From the NCBI GenBank assembly GCA_015059065.1, contig SVBE01000002.1:94835-158834 (forward strand): a DNA stretch of 64,000 nucleotides, written 5' to 3'. The stretch is from Erysipelotrichaceae bacterium (GTDB taxonomy: Bacteria > Bacillota_I > Bacilli_A > RFN20 > CAG-826). The notes below the pieces were generated by a model. The model saw only the letters and a list, made by a program, of their open reading frames with translations. It was not told the DNA's origin and did not search any database. Below are positions 47,667 through 56,751 of this stretch, piece after piece; within the stretch, counting starts at the first letter, position 1, and every line of letters starts with the position of its first letter. A program made the position numbers and the translations under genes.

Positions 47667-47854
47667 ATATAATTACCTCCTTTGTACATTATTATTATAT
47701 CAAAAAGATGATTTTTTCTCAACTATTACAATAGGAAAACTGAGTTATTATTTGTTGTCGTCTCATGGACACTTTTTTCATTTTGAAAAAGAAATGAATT
47801 CAAAAAAAGATTGATAAGCATTACTATGTAAATAGATAACAAGAGGTACATAAT

Positions 47855-49156
47855 ATGGAAAACAAACTTGGTTGGAGAAAATGGGTTTCTTTTTTGGTTG
47901 CGGGTTTTGTCGGCCAACTCGCTTGGGCTATTGAAAATAACTACTTAAACCTCTACGTTTTCTTCTGTACTCAAGAATATTCATTTATCCCAATGATGAC
48001 CGCTTTAAGCGCGGTCACTGCGACATTAACCACTCTCTTTATGGGTGCTCTCGCGGATAGACTTGGCAAAAGAAAATTATTCATCTCATTAGGCTATATC
48101 ATCTGGGGTATATCCATCATCCTCTTCGCCTTCCTTGATCCAAAAAATAACATCACCATTATTGTTAATAACAATATCTTCCTTTCTGGTGTTCTCATCG
48201 TCCTCATGGACTGCGTGATGACCTTCTTTGGTTCTACCGCTAATGATGCTGCCTTTAATGCTTCTGTTACCGATAATACGAATACGCATAATAGGGGCAA
48301 GGTTGAATCTGTATTATCCGTATTACCATTAATCGCGATGATCATGGTCGTTCTTGTCGGAGGAATATTCGTCGATGGGGCTGAAAAGAGATGGGATATC
48401 TTCTTCTATATCTTTGGAGGACTCACTCTTGTTGCGGGATTAGCCTGTTTATTCCTCTATCCAAAAGATAATGTAGAACCAAATAAAGAAGAACCATATT
48501 TAAAAAACATCATCTATGGATTCAGACCAAAAGCCGTTAAAAGCAATAAGAAGTTATATCTATCTTTATTATCATTTATGACTTTCAATATCGGCGTGCA
48601 AGTCTATATGCCGTATTTCATGGTCTATTTCCAAGAAGGTTTAAATATCAAAGGAATGGATTTTACCATCTCCCTAGGTTCGATCCTCATCGCTGCTTCT
48701 ATCGTCGCGATTGTTGTCGGTATCTTCATGGATAAACTCGGTAAGAATAAAGTCATCATCCCCGCGCTTATATTCGCGATTGGAGGTGGGATCTTTATGA
48801 CATTTGCAAGAAGTCTTCCTACTCTCATCGTCGGAGGCATTATCTTGATGTCTGGCTATTTAGTGACCACTGCTGTTTTAGGGGCAAAAATTAGAGACTA
48901 TACACCAACTAATCAAACCGGCTTATTCCAAGGGGTGAGAATGGTGTTTGTCGTCCTCATTCCAATGGTCACTGGACCATATATCGGACAAGGAGTTTCT
49001 TTAATCAACGCTCAGCAATATACAAACGAATATGGACAGCTTGTCACTCGACCAAACGAATTCATCTTCTTATTCACCGCGATCGTCATCGCTCTCGTAT
49101 TCATCCCATTATTTTTCTTAATCAAAGAGGAGAAGAAAGATGCCTTATCTAACTGA
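47855..49156 (+). CDS. MFS transporter (probable oligosaccharide importer)
   Basis: 433 aa, about 12 TM segments. Overlaps the downstream GH2 gene by 17 nt, so operonic. Confidence 0.75.
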   Translation: MENKLGWRKWVSFLVAGFVGQLAWAIENNYLNLYVFFCTQEYSFIPMMTALSAVTATLTTLFMGALADRLGKRKLFISLGYIIWGISIILFAFLDPKNNITIIVNNNIFLSGVLIVLMDCVMTFFGSTANDAAFNASVTDNTNTHNRGKVESVLSVLPLIAMIMVVLVGGIFVDGAEKRWDIFFYIFGGLTLVAGLACLFLYPKDNVEPNKEEPYLKNIIYGFRPKAVKSNKKLYLSLLSFMTFNIGVQVYMPYFMVYFQEGLNIKGMDFTISLGSILIAASIVAIVVGIFMDKLGKNKVIIPALIFAIGGGIFMTFARSLPTLIVGGIILMSGYLVTTAVLGAKIRDYTPTNQTGLFQGVRMVFVVLIPMVTGPYIGQGVSLINAQQYTNEYGQLVTRPNEFIFLFTAIVIALVFIPLFFLIKEEKKDALSN

Positions 49157-50810
49157 GTATCCCTTTCCCCAATTTCAAAGAGACTCATACCTCTCATTAA
49201 ACGGAGAATGGGACTATAAAATTAGTAAAATCGATGCAATTCCTAAAGATTTTGATGGGAAAATCATCGTTCCTTTTTCTCCAGAAACGGAGATGAATAA
49301 AGATATCAATCACATCCTTCAACCAGATGAATATCTCTTCTATAAACTCGTTTTTAATCTAGAAAAATCATTTATCAAAGATGAGGTCTATCTCCACTTT
49401 TTAGGAGTGGATCAAATCGCGGACGTCTATCTAAATGACCACTATTTAGGACATCATGAAGGTGGCTACCTTCCCTTTAAATTTGAAATCAAAAAATATT
49501 TAAAAAATAAAGACAATATCCTTGTTGTCAAAGTGAAGGATTATACCGATACTTCTTATCTATCTAGGGGTAAACAAACAATGGAAAGAGGAGGGATCTG
49601 GTATACCCCTCAATCTGGGATATATTTTCCCGTCTTTATGGAAAGCGTTCCCACCCTCCATGTTGATAAGATTAAACTCACTCCTGACATCGATAAAAAT
49701 GAACTCATCGTCAACGTCACTTCTAAAGCAGATAAATGCCTAGTTGAACTCGATAACAAATCATTAGAAATAGAGACTAATAAAGATATCCATATCCAAA
49801 TCGATAATCCTCATCTATGGTCCCCTGATGACCCATATCTATATCCTTTAAAAGTTAAGATTGGAGAAGATGTTATCTCTTCCTATTTTGCGATGAGAAA
49901 ATTCTCTATCATCAAAGATAATAAAGGCAAATTAAGAACAGCCTTAAATAATAAACCAATCTTCATGAACGGTATCTTAGATCAAGGCTATTACAAGAAG
50001 GGATTACTAACTCCCACTAGTTATGATGACTATATCAATGACATCGAACTAGTAAAGTCTCTTGGCTATAACACGATTAGAAAGCACATTAAGATTGAAA
50101 TCCCCCGTTGGTATTATGAATGCGATAAAAGAGGAATGATCGTCTGGCAAGACTTCATCAACGGAGGAGGAAGTTATGAATTCAACACAATTACTCTTCC
50201 TCTATTCACTCATATTCATAGCAAAGATACAAAATATCAAAAGTTCCATCGTGAAAATGAAAAGGAAAGAGAAACTATAATCGAAGAATTTAAATCCATC
50301 ATCGATTATCTCTATAACTCACCATGTATCGGCTTATGGACAATATTCAATGAAGGCTGGGGACAGTTCGACGCGAAGAAAGTCTTAAAGATTATGCAGG
50401 AGATAGATAATACGAGAATCTATGACCACGCTTCTGGATGGCACGACCAAAAAGTCGGTGAGACTAAATCATTACACGTCTATTTTCAACCTGCGATTAT
50501 GCCGCTTAATAAAAAACGCTGCATCATCATCTCTGAATATGGAGGGCTAGTCTTCCCTATTGAAGGCCATATGATGGAAGGAGATTCCGTCTATAAAAAG
50601 TTTGAAGATAAAGAAAAGTATCTAAAAGCCTTTAAGAAGCTCATTAAGCGAGATATCGTAAGAAATATCAAAAAAGGTCTTTCCGCGGCTATATACACCC
50701 AATTAAGCGATGTAGAAGAGGAAACAAACGGATTCGTCACCTTCGATAGAGAAGTTGTTAAGTTTGATGTAGATAAAATAAAAGAGGTCAATGACCTCAT
50801 TCATCTATAG
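49140..50810 (+). CDS. GH2-family glycoside hydrolase (beta-galactosidase/glucuronidase-like)
   Basis: 556 aa. Sugar-binding domain (YLNDHYLGHHEGGYLPFKFEI), barrel with NTIRKHIK, acid/base FNEGWGQ, nucleophile region IISEYGG. Confidence 0.75.
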   Translation: MPYLTEYPFPQFQRDSYLSLNGEWDYKISKIDAIPKDFDGKIIVPFSPETEMNKDINHILQPDEYLFYKLVFNLEKSFIKDEVYLHFLGVDQIADVYLNDHYLGHHEGGYLPFKFEIKKYLKNKDNILVVKVKDYTDTSYLSRGKQTMERGGIWYTPQSGIYFPVFMESVPTLHVDKIKLTPDIDKNELIVNVTSKADKCLVELDNKSLEIETNKDIHIQIDNPHLWSPDDPYLYPLKVKIGEDVISSYFAMRKFSIIKDNKGKLRTALNNKPIFMNGILDQGYYKKGLLTPTSYDDYINDIELVKSLGYNTIRKHIKIEIPRWYYECDKRGMIVWQDFINGGGSYEFNTITLPLFTHIHSKDTKYQKFHRENEKERETIIEEFKSIIDYLYNSPCIGLWTIFNEGWGQFDAKKVLKIMQEIDNTRIYDHASGWHDQKVGETKSLHVYFQPAIMPLNKKRCIIISEYGGLVFPIEGHMMEGDSVYKKFEDKEKYLKAFKKLIKRDIVRNIKKGLSAAIYTQLSDVEEETNGFVTFDREVVKFDVDKIKEVNDLIHL

Positions 50811-51413
50811 CTCTTCTTCACTAGAGCCATTTACAATATTGTTATAATAAATCACTAAATCGTTTTCATCGATGGCATCTGGATAAGTATCTATCAGCTG
50901 TTTTAATTCGCTTAATTTCACAGCCTGATATTCTTCATATCCATTGATGACATTGACTTCACTAGCTCGTGTAAACACGGTTAATGAATAGATATCAGTT
51001 CTAAGAGTAGAGACATTGCTTAGGTCTTCAATATCTCGTTTATTAGAGAACATTGGATTCTTTAAGACATATTCATCGTGAGTCTTATTGAGCCAGTTCT
51101 CTTCGTTGACATCGCCGTTAACGATACCTTCATTTGCTAAAACATAAATGATGAACAAACCTTTTCTAGATAAAAAGAGGCAGTCATAACTAGATTTATT
51201 TAATTTCACGTCAATAAATGTGTATTCAGAGATGTGACGGATATTATCAAGATATTGGATCACTGCTTGTTTAGGATTAGTTTCAAGCATATCTTTTTTC
51301 TTTTCTGCTTGCTCTTTTGCTTCTCTTTTACGGTCTCTTTTCCCAAGCAAAATAGCGATCGTAATGACAATCACCATAAATATCGCTGGAAAAATAACTA
51401 AAAACCAAAGCAT
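50805..51413 (-). CDS. Membrane-anchored NERD-like (nuclease-related domain) protein
   Basis: 202 aa. N-terminal TM (WFLVIFPAIFMVIVITIAILLG) and a K/E linker. The core YDCLFLSRKGLFIIYVLANEG...N fits the NERD pattern. Weak, made by eye. Confidence 0.45.
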   Translation of the reverse strand: MLWFLVIFPAIFMVIVITIAILLGKRDRKREAKEQAEKKKDMLETNPKQAVIQYLDNIRHISEYTFIDVKLNKSSYDCLFLSRKGLFIIYVLANEGIVNGDVNEENWLNKTHDEYVLKNPMFSNKRDIEDLSNVSTLRTDIYSLTVFTRASEVNVINGYEEYQAVKLSELKQLIDTYPDAIDENDLVIYYNNIVNGSSEEEL

Positions 51414-51463
51414 ACAAATACTTTAGCACAATTTACAAAGTAAAACAAAAGGAGCAGAGTCTC

Positions 51464-51721
51464 TTAGAAGCCATATTTGTTTTTTAGCTCTTCTATCGCG
51501 ATTTTCCCATCCACGACTTTGCCGTTTTCATATTCATCAATTGCTTCGTTAAGAAGTTTGGCTTCATAGGCCTGTCTCATAATTGATTCGAAATATTCGA
51601 TATCCATTACTACTAATCTACCATACCCATTTTTGGTGACAAACACAGGTTCATTTTTCCCTATGCACATACTTTCAATCTTAACCGTATCTTTAAGATC
51701 CCTCATTGGTACAATCTTCAT
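51464..51721 (-). CDS. Phd/YefM-like antitoxin with no canonical toxin partner
   Basis: 85 aa. MRDLKDTVKIESMCIGKNEPVFVTKNGYGRLVVMDIEYFE parallels the antitoxin at 13585..13851. Confidence 0.7.
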   Translation of the reverse strand: MKIVPMRDLKDTVKIESMCIGKNEPVFVTKNGYGRLVVMDIEYFESIMRQAYEAKLLNEAIDEYENGKVVDGKIAIEELKNKYGF

Positions 51722-51785
51722 AACCGACCTCCTATGTACCTAAATTATATACCATATTTAGCCACATTTTAATAATACTATACAC

Positions 51786-51808
51786 AAAACAAAAGGAGCC
51801 GAAGCTCC
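51786..51808 (-). terminator. Rho-independent terminator after the GH53 gene
   Basis: Minus strand reads GGAGC-ttcg-GCTCC followed by TTTTGTTTTG. Lies 30 nt after the stop at 51838. Confidence 0.7.
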
Positions 51809-51837
51809 ATTTGTCTATATTGATATGATACCGTAAA

Positions 51838-53940
51838 TTATTCGTAAATATTCACATCATCTAAGTCAATCCAGATACCAGTGGAATTGAGTTCGATGTG
51901 GAAACCTAACTTATATGTTTTGCCTGGTTTTAATGTGATGTTTTCAACATCGACTTGATGGATATCACCCCATTTAGTAATGGTGAATGATTTCTTAGCG
52001 ATTTCTGCATCATCTTCAAGCAAGTAGACAAACATCTTTTGTGCGGCTTCTGGAACTGGAGAAGCGTTCGCTCCACCGGTGACGAAGAAACGAAGTTTGA
52101 CATTCACTTCTTTTTCAGTCTTAATATCCGCTTGAGTGAGTTCATAATTCATGTATCCATCAGCGGCGTATCCATGCGCGTCCCATTTACCAGTGATTGG
52201 GTTATTCGCATTTTGGTTAGTGACGATGAAGTAACCCTTATTTTGATCTGGATTATTATCAGTGATAGACCAGACTTTGTCTTTATTACCATCTTCAAAG
52301 CTTGGATCTTTCACATAGTTAGCGATTTCTAGTCTCACCGTACAAGAGACCGCGAATGATTTATCACCGTCTTTAATCGTGCCGTTAATGGTATAGGAAC
52401 CTGGTCCAGCTTCTTTAAGCTTGTTGAGGTTACCGTTAATCGCGACTTCTTTATCGCCAGAATAGGCTTTAGAAGTATCCCAAGTGACATCGACATTCCA
52501 TCTGTTGTCGGAGTTATAAATTGCTCTCACTTGATCTGGGAGTTTAATCTCTTCATTGGTCATGAATTGAACAGTAGTATTCTCTGCCCCTTCAATCCAT
52601 TCTTTAGTTCTATTACCAGTCTTTAACAAGTTGAACATCTTTAAGGATTCATATGGGTGACCAGTCTTATCGAAGAAGCATTGGTTATCAACAACTGTAC
52701 CGCCTCCACCATATTTTTCCACTTCTGGGTCATATTCACCCGCGTAGTCACTAGCCCAACCAGAACCGTATTTTTCCCAAAGGGCTTTATTTTCTTCCCA
52801 AGTTGGTTTATTGACACTGATCCAAGTACCTTCCCAGTAGCAGACACCGAGACCTTTATTATTGTTCACTCTATTGACTAAAGCGTCACAGATATTTCTA
52901 AAGTTCGCGATTTGACCACCTTGAGTGACTGGATAGAATTTATCAACACCGGCAGTTTGACTACTGAATTGGTTAGCGCAGAAGTCAGTATCTTCATCAT
53001 TATTCGCATAAGAAGTTTCTACCACCATCACTTCTTTACCACCACTACGACGGATAACACCATTAAGTTGGTTGACTAAATTATCTAAAGTGCCGTGATA
53101 GAAAGGATAATATGATGTACCGAAGATATCGTATTCCGCTTCTTTTGCAGAAAGGGCACCAGCAATAGAAGCATAAGCACCTTTTTCTGGGTTAGTGAAG
53201 TGGACGATGGTCTTAGCTTCTGGATAAACGGATTTCACCGCGCGAGTACCTTGAGTGACAAGCTCTGAGAAATTGCCGTAATATTCATCGTGTTTGACGC
53301 CAGCCATACCACCCGTAGTTTCATTACCGATTTGGACATAGGCAACATCGACATTATTATCTTTGAATTTCTGCATCGATTCCTTCGTGTAGTTATATAA
53401 CAATGTTTTCTTTTCTTCAAAGGTCTTGCCTTCCCAAGCTTTAGGGGCAAGTTGTCTACCTGGATCAGCCCAGAAGTCACTGTAATGGAAATTCGCCATG
53501 ACCTTCATGCCAGCTGCTGTCACTCTTTTACCGATAGTGACTGCTCTATCGATATTGACATTACCGCCTCCATAGCCGTGTCCTTCAGCGTCGAATGGAT
53601 CAACCCAGATACGAATGCGGATGGTGTTCACACCTTGTCCTTTTAAGATCACGAACAGATCTTTCTCTGTTCCGTCGAAGTCGTAATATTTAACGCCACT
53701 TTCTTCTAAGGATAAAACGCTAGAAGAATCCATGCCTAAAACGAAGTTATCAGGCATATTGGCCACTTTCTTCACATATGGGCCAGTATCTGACCAAGGT
53801 CCATCATCTTCAGGGTTATAACTGGAAGTCGCTGGTTCTCCACTTGTAGAAGCACCACTGGATTGACCACCTGAATTACACGCTGATAAAGACAGGATAC
53901 CTAAAGAAAGTAAAAATAAGAGTTTTTTTCCTAATCTCAT
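51838..53940 (-). CDS. ganB: GH53 arabinogalactan endo-beta-1,4-galactanase lipoprotein with a C-terminal beta-sandwich extension
   Basis: 700 aa. Lipobox LSLSAC. Long collinear similarity to Bacillus GanB/GalA as I recall it (GVNTIRIRIWVDPFDAEGHGYGGGN, FHYSDFWADPGRQ, VQIGNETTGG, VVETSY, YWE). Confidence 0.9.
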   Translation of the reverse strand: MRLGKKLLFLLSLGILSLSACNSGGQSSGASTSGEPATSSYNPEDDGPWSDTGPYVKKVANMPDNFVLGMDSSSVLSLEESGVKYYDFDGTEKDLFVILKGQGVNTIRIRIWVDPFDAEGHGYGGGNVNIDRAVTIGKRVTAAGMKVMANFHYSDFWADPGRQLAPKAWEGKTFEEKKTLLYNYTKESMQKFKDNNVDVAYVQIGNETTGGMAGVKHDEYYGNFSELVTQGTRAVKSVYPEAKTIVHFTNPEKGAYASIAGALSAKEAEYDIFGTSYYPFYHGTLDNLVNQLNGVIRRSGGKEVMVVETSYANNDEDTDFCANQFSSQTAGVDKFYPVTQGGQIANFRNICDALVNRVNNNKGLGVCYWEGTWISVNKPTWEENKALWEKYGSGWASDYAGEYDPEVEKYGGGGTVVDNQCFFDKTGHPYESLKMFNLLKTGNRTKEWIEGAENTTVQFMTNEEIKLPDQVRAIYNSDNRWNVDVTWDTSKAYSGDKEVAINGNLNKLKEAGPGSYTINGTIKDGDKSFAVSCTVRLEIANYVKDPSFEDGNKDKVWSITDNNPDQNKGYFIVTNQNANNPITGKWDAHGYAADGYMNYELTQADIKTEKEVNVKLRFFVTGGANASPVPEAAQKMFVYLLEDDAEIAKKSFTITKWGDIHQVDVENITLKPGKTYKLGFHIELNSTGIWIDLDDVNIYE

Positions 53941-54038
53941 AAAAATATCTCCTTATTAATATTTTATATTAGGGAAAAAGGGTATTCAAAAATATAATAC
54001 CCTATTCGATAGATAAATGAGATTTTTATATATTGATA

Positions 54039-55604
54039 TTAATGTAATAACAACATTGATAAAGGTGGTAAGACGATCTTGTTACCATCTTTGTATGGAT
54101 GATCTTTCACCGATAAATCACCGACGACTTCTAAGTTTAAAGAGGAGAGATCGACACTATCGGTTTTTTCTTGTGATAAGTTAATCGCAATATAGACAGA
54201 AGAACCTTTATATTCTCTTTTAAGGACACCGATATATTCATCTTCGTTTTCATAATATAATTCGGAAGTTCCTCTCATGATTTCTGGATTCTCTAAGCGA
54301 TAACGATAAATCTTTCTAAAATAGTTTAGCATCGAATTATTATCTTTATCTTGAGAAGGCATATCTCCAAGAGGATATTTCTTATCATCGGCAGTTTCTT
54401 CACTAGAACCGCTGACAGGTTTACAGGTATAGCTATCACCCCACGGGAATGGTTGACGTAAATCTTCATCCTTATTAGAAGATAATGATCTCATCCCCAC
54501 TTCTTCTCCATAATATTCAAAAGAGGCTCCTGGCATGATGGAAAGCACCGCATGCTTAAATTTATTCATCGCTAAATCAGGTGTATAGCTTCTACCCCCA
54601 CTAGCCTGGTCATGGTTAGCAAGTAGAGGCGCGGGCACTCTACCTTCACCCGCATGAGTGAAGTGTTTATTGATCAAATTACCAATCTTATAGACGGAAC
54701 CACTATTGATGGTCGGCATGATGCCAGAATCTCTTTGATCATCAAAAGCGAAATAGGAATCGATATTCGTATTTTTATAATAACGGGAATAAGTAATACT
54801 ACTTTCAAGTACTTCACCGATGATATAAGTATTCTTTTTAATCTTTTCCGCTTCTGTTTTGACCCAAGTTAAGAACTGATAATTCTTATCATCCTCTCCA
54901 GTAAAGAAAGAAGTACAAGCATCGAGTCTAAAGCCATCAATCTTATGATCGACTAACCAGAACTTCATGATATCTTTTAAATCATTAATAAGACTAGTGT
55001 TCTTACCATCGATAACTCCTTGTAAGTTGAGGTCAGGCATCCCGTCCCAGAATCTCGCTTCATAATATAGATTTGTGCCTGGATACTGGGCATATCCACT
55101 TTCTGGACCAGTCTTCACATTGTAATAATTATAATATTTGTCATTTGTCTTATTATTTTTATGCGCGTTGATACATGATATAAACCATGGATGTTCAGCG
55201 GAAGTATGATTTAATACTAAGTCAAGAATGATAGACATATGGTTATCATGACATTTAGTAACTAAATTATCATAATCAGTTAATGAACCAAAAGTTGGGT
55301 CAATAGCCTTATAATCTTTGACATCATATTTATGATAAGTGGGACTTGGATGGACAGGAGTTAACCATAAACCAGTGACGTTTAAAGATTTGATATAGTC
55401 AAACTTATCAACGATACCTTTTAAATCCCCATTTCCATCGCCGTTACTATCCGCGAAGGCGATAGGAAAGATTTCATAATAATTACGGTAGAAATCCTCG
55501 CTATAAACGACATCTCTTTCTTTAACTTCAATAGATGGCTTACTACCACATGAAGTTAAAAGTAAGAAAGGAATAGATAAAATAGTTAATAATTTAGTTT
55601 TCAT
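54039..55604 (-). CDS. GH13 alpha-amylase-family lipoprotein
   Basis: Start set at ATG 55604 (MKTKLLTILSIPFLLLTSC lipobox, AGGAG 8 nt upstream). GH13 regions DLVLNHTS, GFRLDA, IGEV, LANHDQ. Confidence 0.85.
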   Translation of the reverse strand: MKTKLLTILSIPFLLLTSCGSKPSIEVKERDVVYSEDFYRNYYEIFPIAFADSNGDGNGDLKGIVDKFDYIKSLNVTGLWLTPVHPSPTYHKYDVKDYKAIDPTFGSLTDYDNLVTKCHDNHMSIILDLVLNHTSAEHPWFISCINAHKNNKTNDKYYNYYNVKTGPESGYAQYPGTNLYYEARFWDGMPDLNLQGVIDGKNTSLINDLKDIMKFWLVDHKIDGFRLDACTSFFTGEDDKNYQFLTWVKTEAEKIKKNTYIIGEVLESSITYSRYYKNTNIDSYFAFDDQRDSGIMPTINSGSVYKIGNLINKHFTHAGEGRVPAPLLANHDQASGGRSYTPDLAMNKFKHAVLSIMPGASFEYYGEEVGMRSLSSNKDEDLRQPFPWGDSYTCKPVSGSSEETADDKKYPLGDMPSQDKDNNSMLNYFRKIYRYRLENPEIMRGTSELYYENEDEYIGVLKREYKGSSVYIAINLSQEKTDSVDLSSLNLEVVGDLSVKDHPYKDGNKIVLPPLSMLLLH

Positions 55605-56595
55605 CGCTTTTTCTCCTGAAGACATATTTCACATGATGGATGTTATGTTCTTTTTTCTTGGTGAATTCAGGGGCAAATGAGGAACATTCAAGAGTGACTC
55701 CTTTATAGACATCATCAATGTCATCATTGATTAAGACATCATGATTGGTGAATCCCCCTGTATAAATATGAACGGAATCATAATCGGTATAAACATCTAA
55801 TTTATAATTGCCATTTGATAATGAGACATTCGCTTCTGTTCTTGGTAATTCTTCAAGGTGGAAGCGATGGTCATAACCATTTAACCATTTGATGTTATGA
55901 AGTTCCTCCGCTTTAATATCTTTTTTGATGAGCTTTGCTTCTCTAAAATCATAGATGGTATTTTCTACTGGGATATAGCCATTGATACAGAAATCTTCAA
56001 CATCGAAAGTTGATACTTCATTAGCCTTGATTCTTAAATGGTGATTGAGGATATCTTTATCATCACCTAAATTGAAATAGGCGTGGTTAGTCAACGCAAA
56101 ATAAGTATCTTCTTTACAGCATCCATCATAAGTGACGAGAAGAATATTGTCTTCGGCATATATCTTATAGGTGACAATATAATCGCATTTACCGTTAAAG
56201 CCACCTTCACCTTTTTTCGTCGTTAAATAGAATCTAACGATGATGTATTCCTTAGTGGTGACAACCTGAGTTCTCCACTTCTTAAAGCAGATAGAATGAA
56301 AACCACTGTGGAGACAGTTAGTACCTTCATTTTGTTCTAACTGATAAGTTTGCTCACCAATCTTTAATAATCCGTTTTTCACCCTTCCCGCGATACGACC
56401 AACAGTTAAGCCATAATATTTGGTGTTATGAAAGAATGTCTCAAAGCTCTTAGGCGTGAGAATCATATCTTCGAGGTCTAATTTAAGTTCATAGATTGAG
56501 GCACCGTAGTTAGATAAGACCACTTCTAAACCAACGTCATTAGAAACGGAGATGAACTCCACTCCATGTTTGCCATATAATGTTTCAACGTTCAT
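55594..56595 (-). CDS. galM: Aldose 1-epimerase (galactose mutarotase)
   Basis: 333 aa. NCLHSG and ALTNHAYFNL motifs. The fold-length pattern is typical of GalM. Confidence 0.85.
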   Translation of the reverse strand: MNVETLYGKHGVEFISVSNDVGLEVVLSNYGASIYELKLDLEDMILTPKSFETFFHNTKYYGLTVGRIAGRVKNGLLKIGEQTYQLEQNEGTNCLHSGFHSICFKKWRTQVVTTKEYIIVRFYLTTKKGEGGFNGKCDYIVTYKIYAEDNILLVTYDGCCKEDTYFALTNHAYFNLGDDKDILNHHLRIKANEVSTFDVEDFCINGYIPVENTIYDFREAKLIKKDIKAEELHNIKWLNGYDHRFHLEELPRTEANVSLSNGNYKLDVYTDYDSVHIYTGGFTNHDVLINDDIDDVYKGVTLECSSFAPEFTKKKEHNIHHVKYVFRRKSDEN

Positions 56596-56751
56596 ATAAA
56601 TAATTGTATGTGTTTTTTATTGCAAATAAAATGCGAATCATAACTATAACTTAACTTTTTTATAATACTCCCACAGGAGTAGTAATCAATATATAGCATA
56701 TTTATTCTTGCCACATAATGATAGAATGATATTTAAAGTGAGGGCTATTTT

